Below are positions 43,830 to 56,080 of a stretch of DNA of 64,000 nt, piece by piece. The notes under the pieces are model-generated. The model saw only the letters and a list, made by a program, of their open reading frames with translations. It did not search any database and was not told the DNA's origin. The first letter of the stretch is position 1. Every line of letters starts with the position of its first letter. A program made the position numbers and the translations under genes. Source of the stretch: Euprymna scolopes (lineage: Eukaryota); the NCBI GenBank assembly GCA_053919585.1, contig CM132803.1; one strand, written 5' to 3'.

Positions 43830-44170
43830 AAATTGGTACTGTCCTCATCTTTAATGTTATTTTCACAAATTTTGGTTGTTGTAAGCTCTGGCTTTCTCCA
43901 GGTGTATATTGTTGAACTTTGGAATCTACACAGAATTTTGAACAGAACCTTTATTTTATTCACAGGGATAGCATACTCTCATTCCATCAGTAATTAGTAG
44001 AAGTTCAAAGTAATTCACAATTGTATTTTGAGTGTCGCTCGCACTGAGGATTGAACCTTCAACCTCCAGACTCAACTCAAACTGAATTTTGCCAGGTACT
44101 TTATCGACTACACTATGGGTTCAAAACGTTGTGCAAATAACACATAAGATGAGAACAGTAGTCCAAATAA
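43830..44170. mobile_element. Degenerate interspersed element with inverted termini (same family as ~6695 and ~59036)
   Basis: Left TACTGTCCTCATCTTTAATGTTATTTTCACAA is the inverse of right TTGTGCAAATAACACATAAGATGAGAACAGTA; shared core GAACCTTTATTTTATTCAC. Confidence 0.55.
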
Positions 44171-44672
44171 TCCACATCATTTTTATTTTCTATACTTTTT
44201 TAACATATGGATGTTGATGCTAAATTTAACAATGTTTTGTTTATAAATTATTTGGTAAATTTTACATTTGTGAATTGAATATTTTATATCTTAAGCTGAA
44301 CAATGAAAGAATAGTAAAGATGGCAAGGTTCCTATGTTCAAAATAACTGTGTTTTAAACTCTTTAAATGAATTAAAAATCAAATTGTGTAGAAATATGTA
44401 ATTGGCCAGTGAAATAGTGTGAAAACATAAATGGATATCAAAATAATTATGAATAGTAAAAATGTAACTAAATTGGAAAATTTCAAAACAAAATCATAAC
44501 AATTAGGCTGTAGTAACTATTTTAACCATTGTTATATCAGAGAAACTTATCAGAGAAACTTTCAAGTTTTTTTATTTCGAACATTAGTTACAGATATCAT
44601 TCAGTTTTGTAAAGTAGCATGACTTATAGAATTCTTTTTTTTGTTTGTTTGTTTGTTTTCTTTTGTTCTTAG

Positions 44673-44835
44673 ATGTATCTTCAAGATGTAGCTTTACCTG
44701 CTGGCAGGGACAGAAACAAGAAAAGAACTGAAAGGACCCAAGACTATTCAAGTGGAAAATCTATAAAATCTTCACAAAACCCAAATAGACTTGTTTGGAG
44801 TGAAGAAGAGACATTACAAACGGAAAATATAACTG
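44673..44835 (+). CDS. Protocadherin g4 exon 3
   Basis: ttag|ATGTATCTTCAAGAT (MYLQDVALP) to G|GTAAGC; 163 nt. Confidence 0.9.
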
Positions 44836-45189
44836 GTAAGCCAAAAAAAATTTAACTAAAAAATATGTTATTTCTAAACTGGTCTCTTAAATATTAATGA
44901 GAAAGAAATATATATATTTTAATATTTAGAATTCAATTGTAAAATGTATAATTTATATTTTAGTGTTACTTTTGATATTGAATAAGACAGAACATGACAT
45001 TTATAAGAAATAACATTATTTTGATTTACTGAACAATTTCTAAAACAAAGAATTATTCTAGTCTTTTAAAATATTCAGTTTTCTTCACACTAATTATATT
45101 ATGTGGGCATTTGTACACCTGACTATTATCTATATTTACATAAAAATCATGTTGTTTTTATTTTTTTAGTTTATTTTCTTATTTTTCAG

Positions 45190-45479
45190 ATTTGAGTACG
45201 TCCCAATATTGTAATCCGCCTCCATCGCAAAGTGACTTATCACAGACATCAGTGATGCGGCCTTTAGAACAAACCATCAATTATCCAAGTGATACTACAA
45301 TTGTAGCAAGGGGCTTCTATACATCTTACATGAATGAACATAATCTCCAAACAGATTCAAAGAATTACTCAGGTGTTGATAGTAGCAGTCTCCCTGAGCG
45401 ATATTCACAATCAAGAAATGTACCTGCAAGTGGTAGTCAGTCCTCAATTAACAGGCCATTGCCTCCCGTACCTCATTAA
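45190..45479 (+). CDS. Protocadherin g4 terminal coding exon
   Basis: ttcag|AT TTG AGT; DLSTSQYCNPPP...YPSDTTIVARGFYTSYMNE...NRPLPPVPH-TAA; spliced product 949 aa. Confidence 0.9.
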
Positions 45480-46291
45480 TTGTACATTACATGATTGTTT
45501 AATACAAATATTTAAAAACTTTCTACAATTTACAAATGGTTATTGAATAAAAATATCAAATATATATCTCATCTTAAATAAAAAATTAAATTATTTTGAT
45601 CTGGAATTTTTTATTATTGAAAATTCATTTAGGTAATATTAAAATTAATTTTGTAAGACTACATTTTTACCAAATATTTGTATATAATTAATTTTTATTG
45701 CTATATATTTTATTTATTTCTGTTATTTAAATGAGAATATATTCAGTAAATGTTAATGAACTTGATCATACATTCACAAAATTAATTCATATTGATGTGA
45801 ATTTTTGTTAAGTGGTAGTGTTTAGAAAATCTAAATATATAGAAAAATACAGACATTTTTCTAAGCAAATTAATAATAACTCTGTATTATTCCTTATTTT
45901 AACTAAAAAATTAAATTTTTTTTTTTCATATATACTTGATTATAACATTTTCTACAGAGAAAAATACTAAAATAATATTGTTTCGTTTTTCTTTGTTACA
46001 TAGTGTGGAAGTGCAAGTGCCTGCTGAGGCAGCAATAGAAAGAAGAAAGCAGATCTTGATAGAAGAATAGCTTCCATTGTATATTAGTGTACTGGATGTT
46101 TTTAATATTTTAAATACTAATTTAATATTTAATATTTAATTAACAACCATATACATTTCTCTTATAATTTTTTTATTTTTAATTATTTTATGGCATTATT
46201 TTTAAGAGTTATGAGCAATTATTTTAAAAATTGTTATATAACTGTTTCGTAGAATTTAATAAGAAAGAGCTGGCAACTTGGAAAGAGCATA

Positions 46292-46433
46292 GCGGCCATT
46301 ACACAGGCATCAAACTACATAGGACATGTAGTTCCTCTGTAAAAGACAGGAAAATGGTGGATTATCTAAGTATTAAAAATAATACATCTATTAACATACC
46401 TTCTATTTGGTGTGAACAGATTTAAGAACAAAG
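46292..46433 (+). promoter_or_regulatory. g5 conserved promoter/5' element and putative non-coding exon 1
   Basis: GCGGCCATT(46292)-N19-TAGGAC(46320); donor AAAG|GTAAGT after 46433. Confidence 0.7.
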
Positions 46434-47138
46434 GTAAGTTATAATATCATTTTCTTTATGTTCTATAATAAATAATACAAGAGAGATATAAATTATAACT
46501 ATAATTGAATATTTTCATCTTGAAAAATCTATTTGATTATAACTAGAAAAAATAGTGTTATCATTGATAAATTATTCTGTAATAGTATTCAAACATTTTA
46601 CTATTTTTTATTTAAAATTGTTTTTTTACAATCTCTTTTATGTTTATAAAAGATAAAACATTGAAAAAATGTATATAGATTTTGTCAAATATAGATAATA
46701 TTTGGAATGTAATATGACATCGTTTGTGCATCCATGTTGGGAAATGTAAATAATATAAAGAAATAATGTTGCAGGTTGTTACATATTTACATTTTCTTTT
46801 GCATAACAATTGTTTTAATTAAGAATTAATATTTTGAAAACAGTCTAAAGTGTTTTATTTATTTACTAAGCTAATAAAATTTAGATATTTGGTTTAATAT
46901 TTCAAAAGTAGTATCTGATATATACAGACGATTGATTTGCATAAAAACATTACGTTCTTGTGATTGTTACTTGACAATTTTGACTTCACACACATTTTAC
47001 ATTTACATGCGTGTAATCAGATTTTACAACTGAAATATTTTATGTATTTGCATTTTCATAGGCATGATAATTTTTGATGATTTATATTACTAAAATCTAT
47101 ATACATCACATACTATTTATGTTTTTTTATTATTTAAG

Positions 47139-49544
47139 ATGCTGAAGCTGTTTCTGAAAACTTGTATTAACTTCTACATCTTACACTTTTGTGTGTGTAT
47201 GGATCTCGCTTACTATGTGGAAGAAGGGAAAAGTCCAGGTACTTACCTGGGAGATGTTGCTACTGACTCTCTTGTCTTGAAGGACATATCACCTCAAGAT
47301 GCTCATCAAATTAGTTTTGGTCTTTTGCAAAAAAGTGCAACTGGCAGTTCACCATTATTCCGAATCTCTGAGAAATCTGGCAAACTCTACACTGCCCAAA
47401 CATTAGATGCTGAATCACTTTGCCTTTTCAATAAAGAATGTTTTCAAATGGTTGATGTAGCAGTGAGGAAAGGAACCACTGTTTTCAAATTAATGGAAAT
47501 TAAAGTAGTTATTAAAGATATCAATGATCATCAGCCAGAATTCCTTGAAAAACAATCAACTCTTACGTTTAGTGAAGATGATCGAAAAGGGGCCAGAAGA
47601 TCAATTCCAAATGCAATTGACAAAGATGTTGGAATTATTCATTCTAAAATAACCTATGAGCTTAAAAGGCAAAGAGAGAAACCTTTTTCTTTGCTTGTAT
47701 CTAAAAGTGTTGATGGAACATCAAAATTGAGTATAATTTTAGAAAAACCTCTTGATAGAGAAGTAAAAGACTCTTACATGCTTCAAGTGATTGCAAAAGA
47801 TGGAGGTTCTCCACCTAAAGAAAGTGTTTTAAATGTTGACGTTATTGTCACAGATGTTAATGACAATATTCCTGTTTTCTCACAGAAAGTTTACAACATC
47901 TCAATCCAACACAATCATGAGGAAACGAAACCTGTTACTGTATTGTCTGCTACAGATTTGGATTCTGGAAAGAATGGAAAAATTTTATATCATACCAGTG
48001 TGAAAACAAATGAAATGACAAGAAATGCCTTTAAATTGAATGAAAAAACTGGAGAAATATTCCTTAAAAAGAAAATCACTTTGAGAAAAGATATAATGTA
48101 TGAATTATATGTTGAAGCATCGGATGAAGGTAGTCCACCATTAAGTTCATTATCAATGGTTTTAATAAATGTGATAAATGAACAAAATAATGCTCCAATT
48201 ATTGATGTAAATTTCTTCTCAACATCAAAGGAAAATACAGTTGATGTTTCTGAAAATATAAAAGTTGGTAGTTTCATTGCTTATGTGAAAGTAAGTGATG
48301 AGGATGCTGGTCAGAATGGAGAGGTGAACTGTGAAATAAAACATGATAAATTTCAATTGCAAAACATGGGAACCAAGAAATACCAAGTGATAGTGAAAAC
48401 TCTTTTAGACAGGGAAACTGAAGATCATCACAGTATAATTATCAAATGTCAAGACAAAGGATCTCCTCCTCTTCAAAGCAAAAGGACATTTTCTGTACAT
48501 GTGATTGATGTTAATGATGTAGAACCAGTGTTTTCTAAACAATTATTTAAATTCTTCATTGATGAAAACCAGAGATCGAAAATTCCTATTGGCACAATCA
48601 ATGCCACAGATCCAGACTTGGGACTTGGAGGTAAACTGTCTTTTTCTTTAGTGAGCACCAATAAACAATTTGTACCATTTCGAATCACTGAAAATGGATT
48701 AATCTCTTCAATTATGTCTTTAGACCATGAGTTTCAAGATACTTATAATTTTGAAGTGTTTGTAAAAGACAAAGGAAGTCCATCATTGAATAACACAGTG
48801 AATGTGATTGTTAAGGTGAGAGATGAAAATGATAATGCTCCATATTTCACATTTCCCAGTGTTAATCCTTATAATATGGATGTAACATATTACCCGCATC
48901 ATACAAAGAACATCAGCCAGATAAAGGCATCAGACAGTGACAGTCAAGAGAATGCATTTCTAAAATATGAAATAATCAGAGGCAATAGCAAACAGATATT
49001 CAGCATCAACCAGTACACTGGTTTGTTATGTTCAACTCATGTCCTAAGCCAACAAGATGCTGGCTCATATGAGCTGGAGTTTCTAGTGAAGGACAGTGGT
49101 AGCCCAGTTCTATCAGCCAGAACTACTGTATATTTGACACTGACCGTAAGCAACAAGACATCAGAAATGTTAAATGCTGTTAACATCAAAAAAGATAACA
49201 AGATCCACCTGACTTCAGCAATTATCATTGTGTCTGTAGCAGTGACAATAGCTGTGATAATTACAGCTTCAATCTCAGTGTGTATCCTTCGCTGTTGCAA
49301 TCCTCGAAGTGTTCCAGTAGCAGAAGGCGGATATGTGAGTAGTGGTCAGAGACATTTGATAAGTCCTCCTTACCCAGCCAATCCTTGGTCTAATGTTGCT
49401 CTTCCTACAAGTGATGCAGTTGATATGAGAAGAAGCAGTCAACCACCAACACCCAGAATGCAAACTCATCCTTACTCAAGCGCTCAGCAAATTTTATCTT
49501 CTCAAGCAAGAAAACCAGACCCAATTTCAGATTCTGTTTCACAG
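47139..49544 (+). CDS. Protocadherin g5 exon 2
   Basis: ATG 47139 (acceptor either directly before it or at ~47061); six cadherin repeats and TM; donor CAG|GTAAAT after 49544. Confidence 0.93.
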
Positions 49545-49735
49545 GTAAATCAAAATTTCAGTAATTTTTATATAAATTTGAAAGTGTTTTTATATCAAAT
49601 TTGTCTCTAATTTTCATTGCACATTAAACTTAAAATTTTCTACTAACAATTCATATTTTTACATTTTCAATATATCCTTTTTTGATATAATGTGTAAATA
49701 ATTTTTCATTTTTAGTGTTTTACTCTTCTATTTAG

Positions 49736-49892
49736 ATGTATATTCAAGATGTGGCATTGCCATCTGGTAGTGACAGGAATCAGAAAAAAGTTGGCAGAAT
49801 GCAAAACTATTCCAGTAGTAATTCGATAAAATCTCACAATGACAGACAAGGTTTTAATGATAGAAACACAAAACCAATTGAAGGCATGACAG
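49736..49892 (+). CDS. Protocadherin g5 exon 3
   Basis: ttag|ATGTATATTCAAGAT (MYIQDVALP) to G|GTGAGT; 157 nt. Confidence 0.9.
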
Positions 49893-49999
49893 GTGAGTCA
49901 TGAAAGAAAATCTGTTATTTTATATCATCTTTTGTCTATGTCCAAATACATAAAAGCCTTGGTTAGAATCAATTAAAAATATACTAACAAAGTGGTTTT

Positions 50000-51022
50000 G
50001 GCCCAACTCTCTCCTGATCTGCATTAATGGTCTTTCAAATCACATCCTTACATCATTTATAGACATTTATGCTGATGACACTACAATCTATGGTAGCATA
50101 TCAAAGACCACAAACGACCAAGTTCTCTTTGATTCTCTCTCCTCTGATCTTGAGCTCGTGGTACAATGGGGAAAGAGATGACTGGTTACTTTTAATGCAT
50201 CTAAAACCAAGCTTCTATCTTTACATCATTAATGCTCTGATGCCCATCTGGCATCAATTGAAATGAACAGCTCTCATTTTGGGGAGGCTTCATGTTTTGA
50301 CAAGCTTCTGGGCTTGACCTTTACTCTTGATCTGAAATGGAATACGTACATCAAATTCATTGCCAAGGTCGCTGGAAAAATGGTGGGATCCTTCTACCAC
50401 TACAGTAGATATCTCCCTTCTGGTGCAATTCTCTAACTATATAAAAGCCAAGTATGGCCAACAATGGAGTACTGTTGCAACATCTGGATAGGAGCTGCTA
50501 GAAGCAGCTTATCCTGCCTTGACAGAGTTCAAAATAGACTTCGTAGCTTAGTGGGGGATGCCCTTTTTTCTTCCCTGCAACCTCTTTCCCACAGAAGAGA
50601 TGTTGCGAGACAGTCTCTGCTTTATCATTATTTTTATGGCAAGTGCTCATCTAATCTTTATCTTTGGTCCCCCCTTCACCAAAATTTCATGAAAAACACT
50701 CATCTACCTGAAACCACTATCAATAATTTCCCCCACTCTTTATTTGTGCCTAAACCTAAATGTAGATTCCATGAACAAAGCTTCTTTCTTAGAACTGTAT
50801 GCCTCTGGAACTCTCTTCTGATTGCCTGCTTTCCAGCTGACTACAGTCTGATTGTCCTCAAGTTCTTGATGAACCGTCCTCCCTAAGTAATCCAATTTAC
50901 AAAATTCCCACTACTTATGTTTACTACACTATAATCACATTGACTAATATATACCCATTAAGCACTATCCTCGAGTGGCCCCCGGGTCTTGATAAGTGGT
51001 GATTTCTGTGTAAAAAAAAAAA
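50000..51022 (+). mobile_element. 5'-truncated, degraded CR1/L2-clade LINE with 3' end and A-tail
   Basis: Alignable to 33930-34274 (GGCCCAACTCTC..TATGCTGATGACAC..GACAAGCTTCTGGG..CTGAAATGGAA). Continues into MEYCCNIW..LDRVQNR..LSHRRDVA..SFFLRTVCLWNSL, a typical CR1 C-terminus. Poly(A) at 51012-51022. Confidence 0.88.
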
Positions 51023-52447
51023 CTTTATTTCAATTTTTAAATGAGTTTTGTTTTTTATTGTGTGGATTTTTCATAGAAAGATTCTATAGTTTCGGTATTT
51101 TAGTTATAAATTTACTTCATTGATTCAAGATAACATTCCATATTTTTCTTAATAATAACAAACATGTTCATCAGTTTTCTAACACTACTATATGGATGCT
51201 GATATAGTTAAAATGCAGAATAGAAATTAAGCCCTGTATTTGTGTGCATATCATTTTTACGATGGAGCAAAGCATACTGTCTAAATATTTAGATGTATCT
51301 TTCCTTTAAATTGATTTGGAAAGTAATTTTAGATCACCAGATTATCAAAAAATCTTTATAATGTATAAATAGATACATATTACAGAAAACATGTTCCTGT
51401 AGCAAGAAAATAAATTTATTGTCTTACATTTTTATTGAACATTATTTATTAAGCAATGTTATTTATTCAAATGAGGTCCATCATGATCACAAATGTTATT
51501 TAGCTTTAGCATTTCTTGATAATCTTGATATTTAGATAAAAAAAAATAAGAAAAAACTCATCTCTGAAATGGACAATGTGGAGAGATGCTTTGAAAGATG
51601 CTATCAAAATATCCAGTACTTGTGACAACTAAAAAATATATTCAACTAGATGATGATGATAATGATAATGATGATGATAGTCCCTATAAATCAAGTTTTA
51701 AAATTCCAAATTATATTTTTCAAATTTTACAAATAAAACTATCAAGTGTATTTTTTCTTAATATTGCATTCTTAAGTTTATTTTAAGTACAATATTTTAT
51801 TATGGATTTACACAGTTGTTTTTTTGTTTTTGTTTTTTTTTTGTTTTTTTGCATAGCTTGAGGAATTGAATTTTAAAACTTTTAGCTGGGAGGTGATTGG
51901 TTTTGAAGAATTTCAGGATGAAAAAAGTTACATTATCGAGTTGATCGTGTCTGGACACATCAGACTAGAAACATAAGAAAAGGGTCACCATCCTCCATGA
52001 ATAACACTAGACACTTCCACTAAAATATAAATCAACTATTATTTGAAGGAAACATTGTATATAAAGAGAGTTACTAAGTTTGCTAGCTTTTGTCTCAAAC
52101 AAAATGTGGTATCTTGCCATTCCATATCTCACCTAATCGGTTCTACCATAGGATGAGAACAAGATAGCTCTTGTTAGCACGGAATTTACTTGAAAACTGA
52201 TTTGTATTTGGCACACATCCAGCTAGGATGGAAATCAGATTCCAGTGCGCATGTCATTGGTTTGCTAATTGCTTGTGTATCAATATGCTTACTGAACTAC
52301 AACTTGACATAATGCAGGATTTTATGTACAGCTACTACAAACTAGAAAGAATGTTATGAATACTTTCTATATAAGATTCAACATTAAATTTCTCATATGT
52401 TAAATTAATGACCTTGTTATGTACTGATATTTTAAAATTCTTTTCAG

Positions 52448-52737
52448 ATATATACCCTTCTCAATATTGTAATCCTCCGCCTTCACAAATTGATCAATGC
52501 CGTACAACAGAGACAAGACCCTTAGGACAGACTGTCAGCTATCCTAGTGATACAACAATAGTAGCAAGAGGTTTCTACACATCCTACATGAATGAAAATA
52601 GTCCTCATGCAGATGCAAAGTCTGACTCTGGTGGTGAAAACAATAGTTTATCTAGTAGACAGTTACAATCAAGAAATATATCTACAAGTGGTAGCCAGTC
52701 TTCAATCAACAGACCACTACCACCCTTACCATCCTAA
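52448..52737 (+). CDS. Protocadherin g5 terminal coding exon
   Basis: ttcag|AT ATA TAC; DIYPSQYCNPPP...YPSDTTIVARGFYTSYMNE...NRPLPPLPS-TAA; spliced product 950 aa. Confidence 0.9.
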
Positions 52738-53429
52738 AAATAATATGCCATTACTATAATCATTAACAAAATATATATTTACTCAAAATCTTAAGGTTTT
52801 TAAAATTTATTGGATAGTTAGTTTTTTTTAATTTAAACCTAATTAAAATACTTTCACTTCCAAAAAAAGTTTATAAGTCTAAATCATATATTTCTTTGCA
52901 TAGAATTCCCACTTATTGAAATAATGTATCTTCTTTATTTTATTAAAATAGTTCTTCATATTATTGAGTACAAGAAAATGTTTTTGTTATGCTGCTTTAT
53001 TAAGCCTTTGTTTAACCAGTACTTGAAATAAATTTCTGTCATGTATTTTATTTTACTGAATTTTTTTAATCTTATATTTTTTAAAATTATTATTTTAATT
53101 TCTCCTGGCTTCATCAAATCTTCCCTTCTATCATTACATCTAAATTTATTTTTCTAAAGTTATATTCCTTGAAATCTGATAACAAATAAATGAATAGCCA
53201 ACTTGTAAAGTCATTGAAAACTCACTAGGATCATTTATTAACATTATCATAAAATATAAAATAAAAAAAATGCTATTGAAGAAATTAAGCTAAATTTATT
53301 AAAAATGCATGTCTGTAGTAAAATATAATTTGTATATAACACATGAAGCTGTAGTTCCAATCCATTTGGTTGCTAGTTTATTTATCCACAGATTCCTACA
53401 AGAGTTTTAGAGATAGACACCAATAACAA

Positions 53430-53853
53430 TATATATTCTAATTACCCGGGTATTTTGAAACATAAGTTTAAGAATATCATGGGATTTGTATTTGTACTTG
53501 ACATACATATTAAAGACATACTTCTTTTTTACATTATTTTATTGATTTGTTAAAAATTATAGGGATTTAAAAAATAATAGAAATTTTAATAATAGATTAA
53601 AAACTTGCAACCAAAGTGCAGACTGGTACTCAATAATTTCCAGCATATGCTAGGTGTGTTCAAGGGTCTAAGTACTATAAATTTACTGACATTTATTTCA
53701 ATTAATATCACTTTACTTACACCCTCTTCCACCAGTCAATGTTGAGTAAATCATTGAGTTTCAATAAAAATATTGAATAAAGAAAATAATAGGCTGAGAG
53801 CTAAAGGGCAAATTACTCATACAGTCCTGGACAACGCCGGATGTACCTGCTAG
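53430..53853 (+). mobile_element. Helitron-like 3' end (5' boundary uncertain)
   Basis: CCTGGACAACGCCGGATGTACCTGCTAG|T at 53826-53853 resembles the 3' end at 21946-21973. It is absent from the homologous g3-g4 spacer. Confidence 0.5.
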
Positions 53854-54134
53854 TTATAAAATAAGCTAACGTTGCTTATTCTATATAATTTGTTAAAACG
53901 ATAAGTTTACCATGACAGAAAGAAAAGTAAAAATATAATGGACGAATAACACTTTTTCATTGCATTTTAAGAATTATTATCCTTTTATTAGATAAAATTT
54001 AACTCAATATTTAATCATTTCTTTTTTAATTTATTAAAATAATGGCATAAGGATTTTTTTTTTTTTTTTAATGTATAAACCCGTTTTCGTAGTTTCGTAG
54101 CCTATAATGCTTTACTCTCTAAAGAGTGTTTATA

Positions 54135-54288
54135 GCAGCCATTTTACAGACTGCATAAGACATAGGACTGCTGGATAATATCTAGAGTGAAACAAAGAAA
54201 AACATGTCACCATGATGGAATAAAGCAGTATTATGTGATGTGTTCTCGATGTTGTTTTCATATAGTATAAACAACTTTCAGAACAAAG
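54135..54288 (+). promoter_or_regulatory. g6 conserved promoter/5' element and putative non-coding exon 1
   Basis: GCAGCCATT(54135)-N19-TAGGAC(54163); donor AAAG|GTAAGT after 54288; closely similar to the g4 region. Confidence 0.7.
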
Positions 54289-56080
54289 GTAAGTTGCTTT
54301 TATCTAATTTTACTATTTTTATATATTATAGTGCAAGAAAGTCTAGAGAGAAAATTGTAAAAAATGAATTGCAAGATAATTTTCATCAGTCATAATGTAC
54401 AGAAAATGTACACATGATATAGATTAATCAAAATAAGGACTACTGAATATTTCTGCATGGTTTTCCTTTTATATTCAGTACATTTTCTTTAATCATTTTT
54501 TATAATGAATCTTTTATTTATTAATATTTCAGAATAAATATAATTTATTAGAAGCTTTTTAGGAAATAATTGTTTTTAATCGTTTTATTTTAATTGTATA
54601 TTTTACTTTTAAATTAATATAGAATATTTATGTATCTGTTTCTAAAATTCTCTATTATTCTATAATCTTTGATGAAAATAATTAAATGTCCTTTTTCATT
54701 TCTCAATTAGATATATACCATGTACATCTCATTTTGATATTTCCAACTTGATTAATACAAGTAATAACTGATACAGGAGTATAAAAATCATTTCTGAAAT
54801 ATTTTCTACTGATATTAATGTTTGAAAAGTTAAAAACATGTTAGAAGAACAAAAACTAAAATAGCACAATTTTATGGCCATTTTCATCCATCTATTTATT
54901 GCTATCATTCTAATTGTGATAATAAACAACTTTTCAGTTTTAAGATACATAACTTTTATCATAAATATTTAAATTCATAGATCTTTATAATTATAAGATG
55001 GTAATAAGATGTTTCTCATCTATACATATTATTTTTAATTATTTTAAAAAATTTTAATCAGATACTAAGATTTAAAAAATTCCAAGACATAAAATGAAAC
55101 AAAATTTTTTAAAATCTTCTTTAAAAATATAATTTAATTACAAAATTAAATCCATCAGTTTCTTCACACACAAATTAGTCACTTTAATCTTTTATTAATA
55201 GTTATAAAAAGAATGAGTTATTTGTAATCCTTGGAAATTTTATAGGAGCTTGAAAGCATTTAAACTGTCATTTCTGGTTTTAACATTTTTAGCAAATTTT
55301 CGTGTATTAAATGTTTTAGAAGCTATTTATATCCAATCACTTTATAATATAGAAAAGAATTAGTTATATTTTTATAACAACTTGGTCGCAAAAATGATAC
55401 CATAATAATTAAATTTAACATCCAAAATCCTATAAATAAGAAAATGGTAAAAAATGCATAGCTTTATTGAAAAAAAAAAGGGTGAAACGAAAATGAAAAT
55501 AAAAAGCATTGTGTAGGTATAGCTAGTTGTCCATATTTTATTACAATAAATCAGTATTGTAATTATATTTTATAATTTTATGTGTTTACTTGAAATTTTT
55601 TGTTTATTTGAAAGAGTTTGTTTATTTCTCACAATTGTAACTTTACATATTTTTTTTATTTAATTACTGATATGAAAATTTGGACCTTAATTTGAATCTT
55701 ATGCTTTTTCTTTTTAAGAAAATATCTAGGTCTATATAAAGAGAACAATGAAAAACCTTGTTGATTTATTTTTCAAAATAAAAGTACCATAATTTTTCAT
55801 GTTCTGGAAATTTTTATGTTAGCAAATGGTTTTGCCAATAGAAATATTATTTTATTTTTTATATTTATTCATAATAATGATTGTTAAGACAAACAGAAAT
55901 GCAGTCTTGAATTTGAAATGATATTATAATATTTTTCTACTGAATTATAAAGAAAAATACTTTTCACATAATATGTAAAATTTAATGTATACTTTAAAAC
56001 TGTGACAGTGTATTTTTTTTTTTTTTTCATATTTCAGATATCAGAATCAACACATTGAAAATAATTATTCATAAGTAAAA

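Noticed and set aside
9933-54962. Numerous 60-105 aa low-complexity ORFs in introns and spacers
   Set aside because: F/L/I/K-rich chance ORFs of AT-rich DNA with no motifs or paralog conservation.
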